A DNA stretch of 45,949 nucleotides from Octopus bimaculoides (Eukaryota): positions 156,907,920 through 156,953,868 of the forward strand of contig NC_068982.1 in the NCBI RefSeq assembly GCF_001194135.2, in the 5' to 3' direction. Position 1 is the stretch's first letter. Each line of letters opens with the position of its first letter. The translations under genes were made by a program, and so were the position numbers. Of this stretch, positions 12,801 through 25,377 are shown in pieces. The notes below the pieces were generated by a model, which saw only the letters and a program-made list of their open reading frames with translations, ran no database searches and was not told the origin of the DNA.

Positions 12801-13991
12801 AGGTACATAGAAGTATGTGTGTGTATGTGTCTGTGTGTCTATGTAGGTATATGAATATCAAATTCAACTACTAAAGAGAAAATAATATAAAAAATACACT
12901 ACCGCCTTTGACGTTATAATGTAGTTTGAATTGAATGGATTACATTAACACTATCTCCATTAATCCTGAACCTAGATATCCCATTGATATCAGATTATTT
13001 GTATACTGAAGAACTCTTCAATTGGCGGAGATCTTAAAGAATATACAACAGGAAGAAAATCGGTGAGCGCGTACAGGAAGAGGCGTGCAGATAAATAAGA
13101 AACATTAAAACATTGTTAGTTTGTAGTAGGTGGGGGAGAAAAGTACGTAAAGATGAAGAAGATTGTGAAGAAGTCAGAAGAGGTGAAATTAGAGCGAGAG
13201 AAGTAAGAGACGAGGATCAGCTAGTAAGTATTTAACAACTTCGTGTGTCACTCAGCAAAATTAGGATCACCAGCTGATAACGTCTAGACAGACATTATAA
13301 AGTCACACACAATGTTTCATTGGTGGGAGTCCGTTTGAATTCTAAGGAATAAACCCGGAATGTCCGCCTGCTCAGTGGGAAAGTCCGTTTTGAATCGATG
13401 CTGTCTACAATCACTCAAGCAACGCTAACGTACATCAAACACGCCACTTGAGATTTGAACAAGAATATTCGGAAGTGATTACAGTGGCTAATAAGGGAAC
13501 TAGAAGAAACTCAACAACAAAAGAAACACTGCTTCCTCGCTTGTTATTTTTATGTTCGTTTGTGATTTCTTTTACTTGTCTTTATTTCCCTTGTCTGTAG
13601 AAAAGAGAAGTTCGTTTAAAACAAACAATCATACCTAATGCCTAAAAGAATATGTGATAAAGGCTACAAAGCAGGTCAACGAGAGAAAACAAGAATTAAT
13701 TGTTCTTGTTATCTATTTATTTATACGCTTTTTATTTTTAATGGTTCGTCGGTTTTGCAATTTGCCCTCATAGGAAAAGAATTGTGACCTGATCTTTGGA
13801 AAAGAAACACACGTGTTATGGTTGGTTCTAGGTCAGAAATGAGACAAATATGAATAGCGAGAGAATAATGGCTGTCTAGCTCTAGCATCAGTATTGTGTG
13901 CTCAATGCAGGAGGTACATGCCATACAAATTGCAGACGTTTGCAAAGTGTGTATGTAGTTACGTACATGCTTCATATATATATATACATAC

Positions 13992-14026
<35 letters not shown>

Positions 14027-14915
14027 NNNNNNNNNNNNNNNNNNNNNNNNNNNNNNNNNNNNNNNNNNNNNNNNNNNNNNNNNNNNNNNNNNNNNNNNNN
14101 NNNNNNNNNNNNNNNNNNNNNNNNNNNNNNNNNNNNNNNNNNNNNNNNNNNNNNNNNNNNNNNNNNNNNNNNNNNNNNNNNNNNNNNNNNNNNNNNNNNN
14201 NNNNNNNNNNNNNNNNNNNNNNNNNNNNNNNNNNNNNNNNNNNNNNNNNNNNNNNNNNNNNNNNNNNNNNNNNNNNNNNNNNNNNNNNNNNNNNNNNNNN
14301 NNNNNNNNNNNNNNNNNNNNNNNNNNNNNNNNNNNNNNNNNNNNNNNNNNNNNNNNNNNNNNNNNNNNNNNNNNNNNNNNNNNNNNNNNNNNNNNNNNNN
14401 NNNNNNNNNNNNNNNNNNNNNNNNNNNNNNNNNNNNNNNNNNNNNNNNNNNNNNNNNNNNNNNNNNNNNNNNNNNNNNNNNNNNNNNNNNNNNNNNNNNN
14501 NNNNNNNNNNNNNNNNNNNNNNNNNNNNNNNNNNNNNNNNNNNNNNNNNNNNNNNNNNNNNNNNNNNNNNNNNNNNNNNNNNNNNNNNNNNNNNNNNNNN
14601 NNNNNNNNNNNNNNNNNNNNNNNNNNNNNNNNNNNNNNNNNNNNNNNNNNNNNNNNNNNNNNNNNNNNNNNNNNNNNNNNNNNNNNNNNNNNNNNNNNNN
14701 NNNNNNNNNNNNNNNNNNNNNNNNNNNNNNNNNNNNNNNNNNNNNNNNNNNNNNNNNNNNNNNNNNNNNNNNNNNNNNNNNNNNNNNNNNNNNNNNNNNN
14801 NNNNNNNNNNNNNNNNNNNNNNNNNNNNNNNNNNNNNNNNNNNNNNNNNNNNNNNNNNNNNNNNNNNNNNNNNNNNNNNNNNNNNNNNNNNNNNNNNNNN
14901 NNNNNNNNNNNNNNN

Positions 14916-14958
<43 letters not shown>

Positions 14959-15540
14959 CGTGAAGCATATTTAAGTTTGACTGTATGTACATGTATTAGA
15001 TTGATATTGTTTTATCTAACGTGCGATTATCCTGCTATATTTTACGGTGACAATAATATTTTACTTTTTCGCCCCTTTTTTGCATATTCTCCACCCTGCA
15101 GCCCAAAAGTACCAGTTACGCACTGGGGTTGCAGGAGCGAGTGTACATTAGTTGGTATATTAACACATTCCATCATAGTTGAACAGTCCTTGACAAGCTT
15201 AATTCATGCTGTCGATATCTAATCAACGATAGCAAATGTTCTCCTGGAAAACTATCAGCAGAACAATATGTAACTCTTCTGATGTTAACTTTTCAACAGT
15301 GTTGATCTTTGCACATTCATCTATAAATGTTGCATCTGCTTTCTGGTCAGCTAATACCTTATCGTCATGTATCGATTAACATTCAATGGCACGTTTTTTC
15401 AGAAATTTTTATGTTCAGCCTTGTGTATGTAGACTGTGCTCTTTGATAATCAGGTTTTTTTTCATAGATTTTGGTTTTGTTTCGACCAGAACAGAGGAAA
15501 CCACTGTATGTTTGTATGTATGTATGTATGTATGTATGTA

Positions 15541-16041
15541 TACTCTTTTACTTGTTTCAGTCATTTGATTGCGGCCATGCTGGAGCACCACCTTTAGTCG
15601 AGCAAATCGACCCCAGGGCTTATTCTTTGTAAGCCTAGTACTTATTCTATCGTTCTATTTTGCCGAACCGCTAAGTTACGGGGACATAAATACACCAGCA
15701 TCAGTTGTCAACCGATGTTGGAGGGTGGAGACTGACAGAAATACAAACATATACGCATACACACACACACACACACACGCACACACACACACACACANNN
15801 NNNNNNNNNNNNNNNNNNNNNNNNNNNNNNNNNNNNNNNNNNNNNNNNNNNNNNNNNNNNNNNNNNNNNATATATACATATATACGACGGGCTTCTTTCA
15901 GTTTCCGTCTACCAAATCCACTCACAAGGCTTTGGTCGGTCCGAGGCTATAGTAGAAGACACTTACCCAAGGTGCCACGCAGTGGAACTGAACCCGGAAC
16001 CATGTGGCTGGTAATCAAGCTACTTACCACACAGCCACTCC
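15541..16041 (-). mobile_element. SINE family A, best-preserved copy (tRNA-like head, internal microsatellite, 3' tail)
   Basis: Minus strand starts GGAGTGGCTGTGTGGTAAGTAGC (A-box-like) ... GGGTTCAGTTCC (B-box-like) ... CACCTTGGGTAAGT, then a TA/TG tract with gap, then tail ending TGACTGAAACAAGTAAAAGAG. Three other copies in the window. Confidence 0.9.
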
Positions 16042-16854
16042 ATGTATATACATTTCTCTCTATGTATATGAATATACGTATATATGTATATATCATATGA
16101 GACTGTTTGTATTTCTGCGTTTTTATATTCAATTATTCCTACGTTGCTATATTCATTTGGAACGAACACTTTTAAATTCCACTAAGAATAATGTTATTTT
16201 GCAATATTTAATTTACAAAATGGAAAAAAAAACCCAAAAAAACAACAAACAAACAAAAATAGATAAATGAATAAAATAAAATAAGAATAAAAATAAATAA
16301 ATGAAGAAAATAAAATAGGAATAAAAATAAATACTATAAAAAATATAAATTTGTTTCTTTAACCATTCCTCAGTTATAAATATTCAGATAAACACTACCA
16401 CAGAAGAAATTATACAGAATCATGCTCACACACATAAAAGCAAATACAAGCGCACAGAAAAAAACAACAACACAATATGCACTCGTTGCTATACACATGC
16501 ATTCAAGTATACAAACGAAAGTGGGAGTATAACTTCCACAAAGAACTTTTAATTTGAAAAGGAACTAGCGAAATTTCTTGTCTTCCGTTTTGTTTACAAA
16601 ACCATATTGATGATGGAGATGATGATGGTGGTGGTGATGATGATGATGATAGTTATGATTAAAATCATGGTCATGATGATACTGTAATAATAATAGTAAT
16701 AATAACAACAACAACAACAACAACAACACCAACAACAACAGCAGTTACGATTTTCACGTTGGTAAAAGCAACGTAAACAAAATTAATAATAAATTATTGA
16801 ATATTGTTAGTATTTTTTTTATTGAGCTTTCAATAAACAAAATTGAAAACATCG

Positions 16855-16890
16855 CAATTATTATTATCATAATAATAATTGTTATTATCA

Positions 16891-16949
<59 letters not shown>

Positions 16950-16953
16950 GTTA

Positions 16954-17032
<79 letters not shown>

Positions 17033-17060
17033 AACTCATTATTATATTGTCGTTATTATT
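16855..17060. repeat. (ATT)n microsatellite, similar to 6075-6123 and 10255-10400
   Basis: Read directly from the sequence. Confidence 0.95.
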
Positions 17061-18089
17061 GTATGATTTTGATTATAATTTCATTTCAACTCTATTCGCT
17101 TATAACGACTTTATACAGCCAAATACTTGCTCTTTACACAGACAATTGTTAGTTTTATTATGGTACGGATCTAAACATTCTGACTTTCATTTGTCTCCTG
17201 TTTTCTCTGTTGTGGCAAAGCCAAGTTTTACCGCATTTAGCCATTGACAATAGCCATATTTCATTATAATAGCCTTCTTTACAAATTATGGAACAGCTTT
17301 TCAAGTTAGCGTGTTTCCTTTACACCGTATCAAATACTATCAATAGCGTATTACAATTCAAAAACATAACTAAAACACCACTGTTCGCTATCAGGCACTT
17401 GTACGAATTTTGTCAGAAAATCAAAGTTTTAATTCCGTAGAATTTTGTTTGTTTATATTAAGTTTGTTTACGTATTTGTTACAATTCTTCTTTATTGACA
17501 TACATTTCTATATTTTTCTTTTTCTTTCCTTCTTGTTTAGTCTAAAATTCCTTATGTTGGTAGGGAGATTGTGTTCAAATCTTCAGAATGAAAAGCCATT
17601 GTTTGTGTGCTGTGTTTCCTGTCCAAAGCTGTTTTCTCAAATTTCTAAAGTAAGACTTGCTCCTAGAGGCTATTTTCGTAACCAATAATCAACAATTTTC
17701 AACTTGCAAAGAACGTCAACTATGTGTATACAACGGTGAGTGTCGAATATTCAAAAGTGGCATCAATGTTATCAATAGGTTGAAGAAGAGAGAGACGAGA
17801 GGATGAAAGAGAGAAAACGAGAGAGAAAGAGCGAAAGAGGAAAAAGATGAGTAAAAGAAAGACTTGTGAGAGAGTGACATTGAATGAGAGTGACTGAATG
17901 GACGACTTAGTGAATGAGTGGGTGAGAATAAGCGACAAGCAATGAATGAAAAATAACCAACAATAACAAGCATAACATAACAATCACAACACAAAACAAT
18001 ATACAACAAACCAATAGGAAAAAAGGTCGACAACAACGAAGACATTTCACTATTGAATTATGGAATCAAAGAGAATTCGCAATGTTTAT

Positions 18090-18400
18090 ATTATATGAAT
18101 AGCGAAATACCAAAAGAGCAGTTAGTGACGAATATAAGATGTCATCAACAAGAGCAAAATAACTGCTTTGGAAGAGTCCATATTGAAAACTTCTTTAACA
18201 TGGCAAAGAGCAATAGGCTCGCCTATTATGTAGCGTAGAAACATGTTAAGGTCTTCTCTGAAATGACGCCGAACTGTTGAAGACCAAAACCAAACAAAAG
18301 ATACTATAAGATTTGAGGAAATTTAAGAATTACGATATTGTATGGAAGATATGTTTTGAAAACATCGAGATAAATGAATAGCATGCTGTTAGGTTGCTTA
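18090..18400 (+). pseudogene. Possible RTE-type LINE 3' relic
   Basis: Very degenerate; piecewise translation resembles the RTE C-terminal region (LRYxDxCxxDM-like near 18325-18352). Weak. Confidence 0.25.
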
Positions 18401-19437
18401 CAGCTACAACTGTCTTTTATATCTAATGTTTGTTATTTTAAAATTTATGAATATATGTCTCGAAAACTGTTGGTTAAGTTTAAATTAGAATGTTGCGAGT
18501 TTAGCAGAGTTGTTATTTGTATGTCAATAATGAATGTGGGTTGCTGATATTTAGAAATAATGCTTAGTTTCCTATTTTCATATCGAATATATTTACAGTC
18601 TTTGAAACTGAAAGCAATAACGTATTTATGAAATAACAAAATTTCATTTTGCTGTTAGACTGTCCCATTATGATTTATGATAATAATTAATTTGTACTAA
18701 TTTGACATTATAAAGAAAATAGCAACCGGTTATAGTGAAGTTAGTAAATATGACTGAATGCAAGATTCTAACGGTTATGTGAGTTAAAATTAAACCTCAA
18801 AATGACAACACATAAACGAGTTTATAGTGGTACTTGAAATAACTCAGTAGATACATATGCGAAACTAGTTTTTATTTTTTTAATTTTTAATTCGTTGTTC
18901 AGTTGAATATCAGACTTGAATGTGGTATGGCTGTTAGAAATATATTAAATTCCAGACATTGCTTAAAACATACCTATATATATTTTTACATGACTGCGTC
19001 AGAGAAAGGTCGCAAGTTACGCACGTATCGCGAGCGGGATCAAATACCTAGTGAGGGCGGACTACGCTAAAGAGGCCCAATCAAATGCACCTCGCAAAAC
19101 AGGAACAGATCCTTTACATGGTTGACTTTTTCTAAATTTCATTATAATAAATTTGGCCTGAGTGAGCCCATAGTAAATGATGCCATGCTGTAAGATTGGA
19201 TTGAATGCCACGTACTTCTTAAGATCACCGATCCTGCGCCCATATATAATAGTGAATACGATGAAAACGTAGTGAAAAGATCAGTAGTATGATAGTTTGA
19301 ATAAATGTTGAGTATTAGTTAAGTATCTTGTACGCTTCTTCTTGAATATGAGTTAACGTTAACATATATAATACATGATCGAATAAAAAGCTAAATTCAA
19401 ATAACTATAGAACAATAAAATTATTAATTCTTACGTA

Positions 19438-19600
19438 GAGAGTCGAGCTGACAGAATAGTTAGTACGCTGGAGAAGATCCTTAACAGCTTTTTGCCCTTC
19501 TTCACGTTCTTCGTTCAAATACACGCGGGTCAATTTCGCCTTTTTATAATTTCGAGGGCGCATCAATCGAGAACTGTGGCCAATATAATTAATCATCTCC
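19438..19600 (+). mobile_element. SINE family B, degenerate
   Basis: GTCGAGCTGACAGAATAGTTAGTACGCTGG...GTTCAAATACACGCGGGTCAATTTCGCCTTT aligns by eye to 44856-44970. Confidence 0.65.
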
Positions 19601-19876
19601 ATCAAAATTTCAGGCTTTATGTTTATAGAAATTTTGCTCTTCTTCTTTCAGTCACTGGACTGTGGAGGCTTTTTCTTGAAGCGTTTAGTTGGACTAATCG
19701 ACACTGGTACTTAATCTTTCTAAATCCAGTTCTTAATCTAACGATTCCGTTCGTCGGACCGCTTTATAACAGGAATAAACAAACTAACACCTGCCGTCAA
19801 ACGATGCAGAGACAAGCGCGCATGCACTCATAAACGCACAGCACAGCACAAAACTATGCACGCGCAAACACATATA

Positions 19877-20830
19877 CAGGATGGTCCAAAGTCGCCAAGG
19901 GGTTGCAATATTCAACAACTATCTTGAAATTTAATTTCTTTTGTTTTTTTACGGAATTTATACATAAGTCCCTGAAGATTAACCACGGAAAATTTCACGA
20001 GCAAACAGCAAACACAAATTGTGAAATTTTACTATCAAGTTCAAGAGTTAATAATTCCTACACAACAAGCATATCGTCGCCATTACAGCGTGAGAGATTC
20101 TCCATTCAAATCAATGATTAGACGTTTGAAGTGCAGAGTTCAGTAAGCGACCTTCAACGCACTGACAAACCATGTTCCGTTAGGAACGAAGCCACAAGCA
20201 GGCGTGTATGGGAGAGTGTTGAAGAAGCCCTGAGGTTATCAACACGAAGGCAGTCTGGACATATTGGGGTCTCTCGGACGTCGCTTCAACATATTCTGAA
20301 AACCTTGAACCTTTTTCCGTAAAAAATCTAGTTCGTACAAATCGCGAAGCCACCAGATTATGCCCATAGATTGTAATATGAAGTTAACTTTTAAGGTACC
20401 GAATTTATTCGCAAGCTTATATTGCCAGATGAAGACCAATTTTATTTGAGTGGCATCATTAACAAACGAAACTGTGGGATTTGAGGTTCGGAAAATCTTA
20501 GGGCATTTCCCTAAAAAAGAATTGCATCTCCTGAAATGCTCAATGTAGAGTGGGGCGACAAAAGAATAAGTGATCGGACCTTATTTTTCGAGGACGACGA
20601 CGGGAAACCTGACACTGTTACAGAAGATGAATATTGGTCTCTGACTGAAAATATTTTACTCCCAGCGGTTCAAGATAAAGCTGACTTGAGGTTCCAAAGG
20701 GGCAAAGTCACAGTTCACACAGTAAGGACCACAATCCAACACCAGGTACAGTACATGGTACTGCTCCGTGGAGTGATATCTGATAACTATTTCCAGCTGG
20801 TCAGTTAACAGCTCGATGGTTGATCATCCA
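19877..20830 (+). mobile_element. 3'-truncated Tc1/mariner-superfamily element with decayed HTH/DUF4817-type transposase
   Basis: TA|CAGGATGGTCCAAAG left end at 19877. Piecewise translation: QQAYRRHYSVRDSP, LSTRRQSGHIGVSRTSLQHILKTLNLFP, decayed SDEAHF motif near 20428, FFEDDDGKPDTVT, decayed WFQQDG motif near 20688. No right TIR seen. Confidence 0.8.
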
Positions 20831-20926
20831 AACCTGGGCCATACATTGACATCACCTTACAAAAAGAATACTATTGATAGGCAGTTACAACGGGCTGACG
20901 CGACCTTATTCTACTCTAACAGATTA

Positions 20927-21015
<89 letters not shown>

Positions 21016-21267
21016 GCTTGTCTACCTACCCGTCTGCTTGTCTCCCTGCCTGCCTGTCTGTCTGTTTGTCTGTCAGTCTATATTTTTTCTTTCTATCTTT
21101 CTACCTCTCTCACTCTTACCGTTTGTATTCTCTTCAGACAAATGAGGGGAGGGATCTAAGCAGCTATGTGAGATATGAGATACGTAGATATAGTGTGATA
21201 GGTGGTTAGAAGAAAGATTGACAATGTATGAATTGTCCGTGTGAGAGTGTGTGTCTCTCTGTCTCTA

Positions 21268-21315
<48 letters not shown>

Positions 21316-21701
21316 CATATACATAAGTTCTATTATTATCATGATTTGCCATAGATGACATTTATTCAGTTTTAAAAACAGAATATTATTTCGGAAAGAA
21401 GTATATTCCATTTCAATGTTATATTTATATTTCTTTTACGAGTGAAGCCGAGAAATAAACGCAAAGATGAACAAAATAATGCACATTTCTGCGTATGTGG
21501 AAACAGAAACCTAAACCTTTTAATGAAATGTTGTATGAATTGTCATCAGAATTTATAGCCTACAAGATATTTGTAACCATCGAAAATATGATTGATTCTG
21601 ACAGTATTCCTGTTATCCATTCTCTTTTACTTTGATACTTGTTTTTCTTAGACATTTGTTCGTGCTTGTGCAGTCATATATAATTCACTTCGCGAGCGGA
21701 T

Positions 21702-21757
<56 letters not shown>

Positions 21758-22299
21758 GCACTAATACAGAAAAACTCATATACACGCGCACACACACACA
21801 CGCACGCACGCACACACGCACGTACACAAGCATAAAAGTAGATAGAAAGATGGGTATGTTTTATGCCTTACACTAAACAATACACAAGTTTTGTATGTAA
21901 TACTTGGGAGGAATTGATATTAAACTTAGCATCAAACTACATTCGATGTATGAAAATGCATTAAACGATTTTTATTGTATTGGCGACCTTTCTAAAACAA
22001 GGCAGGAGACTTTCCAGAATTACTCAAGCTGCTAGAAATAAGAGCCACATTTCTCTCAATCTGGGCGCTTACATTTTAAACTAAGGAAGATGTGTTCGAT
22101 AACGCATTGTCTAAATATAAGATGGATGGTCATTTGTGGAACGCTTCGAAAATTGATCTGATACATTAAAGCTGATCTGACTTAAACAACAATATCAATG
22201 GGGACACTTACTCCCGTTAAGTGAATGATGAAATTTCAGCTTTCATGAAAGCGCAAGAGCTAAAATCTCGACAAAGCATGAAGCAATATTTCCCATTTC

Positions 22300-23260
22300 A
22301 ATACAAGCTTTAAGAATATCAGGAACTTATATTCAGATTTTTGTATTATCTTTGCTCTTATGTAATAACAGTACTATCGTATTCATAGCGGTGGTCAGCC
22401 GCAAAATGAATCTGTAGAACTTCGAAGGAAACATTTAGAAGTATCTGGTTATGTACCTTTTCCTTCTCTGGAATGCTATAGTTCTACTTTCCATAAGTGT
22501 TGGACATAGACAAGGGTAAAACTGCACGTGTGAAAGCCGTTCAAACGAGCATGAAATGTGTACAATGTTACACAGTGAAAAATTAAATTGTAAATTCTCT
22601 TGAATTGTAATGACAATGTCTATGCCTTCAGCAGATTTGCAGTACCAGCTTTAATATCTAGCTCAGTAATACTGTGGTGAAACGTGATTCTATTGTCGGC
22701 AATATAGGAATCAACTAAATACTCCACGTGCTAGACAATCTATTTGCAACTTAATAACTGAACATCATTACAAGCAAAGTTGGTTGGAGTACTAATGAGC
22801 ATCAACAAGCAAGATAGAAATCATTAAAATTGCCCGTAATATAGGAGATGCTTGCTACCTATTTGTAATGACTATAAAAATCGATTATAACTACAGCAGC
22901 AAAACTTGCAGAATAAACTGGATTAGACATCTAAATGCAAAAGTCTAAGCCTAATGCAGCAACTAAAACAGACATATTGATAGTACATATTTTAACAATG
23001 GTGGGCAACTGTATTGACTTTCTATATATTCGCAAACTTTTTTAAAGTAAGAAATCTTGATGTATTGTTTAAACTTTAATATAAATCTAAGTATAGATAA
23101 CTTTTCGCACAAATCATTAAATGTTTTGTGTATCGATTTCTATATTGGAACGTCCTGGGTTTGTCGTCTCTGAAGAGACCGAATCCGGTCGAAATCCAGT
23201 GTCTAGCGGTCTGCTGTCTTTCTAGATGAAGTTATATGCTTTCAAAGGTTTCTTTCAAAT
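22300..23260 (+). mobile_element. Putative ancient Penelope-like element relic (GIY-YIG region plus hammerhead-bearing terminus)
   Basis: Faint piecewise similarity (SGYxP near 22445, SSVI..C..D..VG near 22665-22700, IIKIARN near 22820), followed by a hammerhead core at 23170. Coding similarity is weak. Confidence 0.3.
23155..23203 (+). ncRNA. Hammerhead ribozyme core motif
   Basis: CTGAAGA (23170-23176) + stem II GACCG/AATC/CGGTC (23177-23190) + GAAA (23191-23194). CTGGGT (23155-23160) can pair with ATCCAG (23194-23199). Stem I is not resolvable. Confidence 0.55.
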
Positions 23261-23819
23261 GCTTCTTTCAGATAACATATTATAGCTACTGTCGTTCCAC
23301 GTTTGTATGCATACTATGTAATACACAAAGACAGTTTATTATTATTATTATTTAAGGCCGTCTGAAGTGTGTATATGAAAAGAATACCGATACGTCTGAA
23401 AGTCAAGGAATCTAGAGACGTTGGACGGAAATTACCGGAAAAATAGGAAAAGTTTTTTAAAAAAAGCTAATATCATTGGACACAACATCATCAAATTCCG
23501 ATTTCTGCCTGTTTTGTGCCATTGCTGACTATCAGGTGATAAACAATAGTAAATAAACTATTAGCAGCGAAATGCAGAATAGCGAGAACATATTTCTAAT
23601 TAATACATCTGCAGTGAGTCTTACAATGTAGTTGTTCGTAAAATAAATGGCGATAAAATATATACTGGGCGATATATGATCGAAAAGTTGTTGCACTTGC
23701 AACCCCTTTCGTGGTTAAGTTCGAAAATTGTAGAAATAAAAAATTAAAGATTTAAAGAGCAATGTATCTAGAACTATATTCTACACAAGGAAAGAAAAAG
23801 AAAAACACCAGAAAATGGC

Positions 23820-23950
23820 GTGTGATTTGAGGCACGGAACGGGTGATGCTTTGGGTTCTTCAGAAAATACACCATTTCACGTTGTTGTAATTCCCTTAGC
23901 TGGTAAAACTGAGTAATCCTGCTACAGACAGGCGTTCCATCCAAGGAGGA

Positions 23951-23997
<47 letters not shown>

Positions 23998-24050
23998 AGA
24001 GAAACCAGGAAACCGGTACTATGTTCCTTACCAAGTAATGTGGACTCACC
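23820..24050 (+). mobile_element. SINE family C with internal (TA)n
   Basis: CCATTTCACGTTG...AGCTGGTAAAACTGAGTAATCCTGC...GGCGTTCCATCCAAGGAGG, then (TA)n, then GCCAGAGAAACCAGGAAACCGG. Related to 11095-11190. Confidence 0.55.
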
Positions 24051-24069
24051 ATGTTATCGGAACTTAAGA

Positions 24070-24290
24070 AAGGTGGTGAGCTGTCAGAATCGCTAACACG
24101 CCCGACAAAGTGCTTAACAGCATTTATTTTTATTCCGATTTTACTTCCTGAGTTCAAAAGCTGCTGGGGTAGACTTTGTCTTTCTCCCTTTTGGAATCAT
24201 TAAAATAAGTGCTAGTTGAGTACTGGGATCGATGTAATCCAGGCTCACCCCGAAATTGCTGGCCTTGTGCTAACATTTGAAACCAATATA
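24070..24290 (+). mobile_element. SINE family B
   Basis: AAGGTGGTGAGCTGTCAGAATCGCTAACACGCC...CTGAGTTCAAA...TACTGGGATCGATG...TTTGAAACCAAT. Confidence 0.8.
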
Positions 24291-24303
24291 TTATCAGAAT
24301 TTA

Positions 24304-24520
24304 ATGTGGTGAGATGGTTGAATCATCGGCCCGCCGGTCGAAAAGCTTAGCGCCATTTCGTCCGCCATTACGTTCTGAGTTCAAATTCGGCCGATGTCGA
24401 GTTCGCCTTTCATCATTTCGGGTCGATAAAATGAGTAGCAGTAGATCACTGGGGTCAATGTACCTAGCTTATCCCTTCCCCCAAAAGTACTGACCTTCTA
24501 CTAAAATTTGAAACCAAAAT
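24304..24520 (+). mobile_element. SINE family B (tandem second copy)
   Basis: GTTCTGAGTTCAAATTCGGCCGATGTCGAGTTCGCCTTTCATCATTTCGGGTCGATAAAATGAGTAGCAG...TTTGAAACCAA. Confidence 0.85.
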
Positions 24521-25149
24521 AATATCAGAACTTAGTTCTTTATATTGGAAAGACAAAAGGTAAGTTTAAATCAAACTGGTGCGACTGCACGCATTTCTTT
24601 CCATAAATGAACTAGTCGTGCATAGAATCTGTATCTGTGTATGACAAGGCCCCCTGTCTTACTATTTCTCTTTTCCATAAGTATGGTAAGCATTCGTTGT
24701 AAGAATAGGAATGATAACTACAACAGCTGAAACCACCGAAGCAACGTCGATAATAATAATAATATTATCAAAAGTAATATTAATAAAAACTATGACAACA
24801 AACAAAACAACAACAAAGACGGTAATCTGATTAGCTATAATAAGAAGAGCAATAATCAATACATTTTTCTCTCACATTTCATTTAATCATAAATATTTGC
24901 GAATTGTTCCTTGCTGGAGTATTTTAGATCACTAAGATTATTCTAAGAAGACAATATACGACTGAAAAACCTTCTTTACCTTCGTAAAAACATTATATAA
25001 CTTACTCACTATTATTGAACATATCTTTGCTTTTGCAGCAATTTTCGGGGATGGGGATTGTGTACAACGGTTTTTTTTTTTTTTCATGTTGGGAGAAGGC
25101 GAATAAGTGGTTTAAAAATAATACAAACAATGGTAATAATAATGTTATT

Positions 25150-25360
25150 AATCCATTCTGCAGTAGGCACAAGGCCTGAAATTTCGAGGAAAGGAGTAAA
25201 TTGATTACAGTGGCCTCAGTAATCAACTGGTACTTCGACTCTTGAAGGGTGAAAAGCAAAATCGACCTCGGGTGGAATTTAAACTCAGAGCCTAAATCTG
25301 GAAGACATGCCGCGAAGTAGTTTGTCCAGCGGGCTAATGATTCTGCCAACTCGCTGCCTT
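25150..25360 (-). mobile_element. SINE family B
   Basis: CTGGTACTT...GGTGAAAAGCAAAATCGACCTCGGGTGGAATTTAAACTCAGAG...GATTCTGCCAACTCGCTGCCTT is the reverse complement of the family B consensus pattern. Confidence 0.8.
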
Positions 25361-25377
25361 CATAATAATTATACAAA

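Noticed and set aside
13376-13388. NF-kB site (GGAAAGTCCG)
   Set aside because: 9/10 match to a short motif, expected by chance in 46 kb.
13721-15222. Long ORFs of 358-442 aa (also 6734-7532, 29843-30667, 39201-39728)
   Set aside because: Their length comes from N gaps translated as X.
15130-15500. Possible coding relic on the minus strand (IHDDKVLADQKADATFIDEC...)
   Set aside because: Short open stretch with no recognisable motif or splice signals.
15990-16041. tRNA gene
   Set aside because: Only A/B-box-like SINE head with no cloverleaf, continuous with SINE body found in several copies.
19005-19085. tRNA-like or SINE head (GGGATCAAATACC)
   Set aside because: Poor box matches and no SINE body following.
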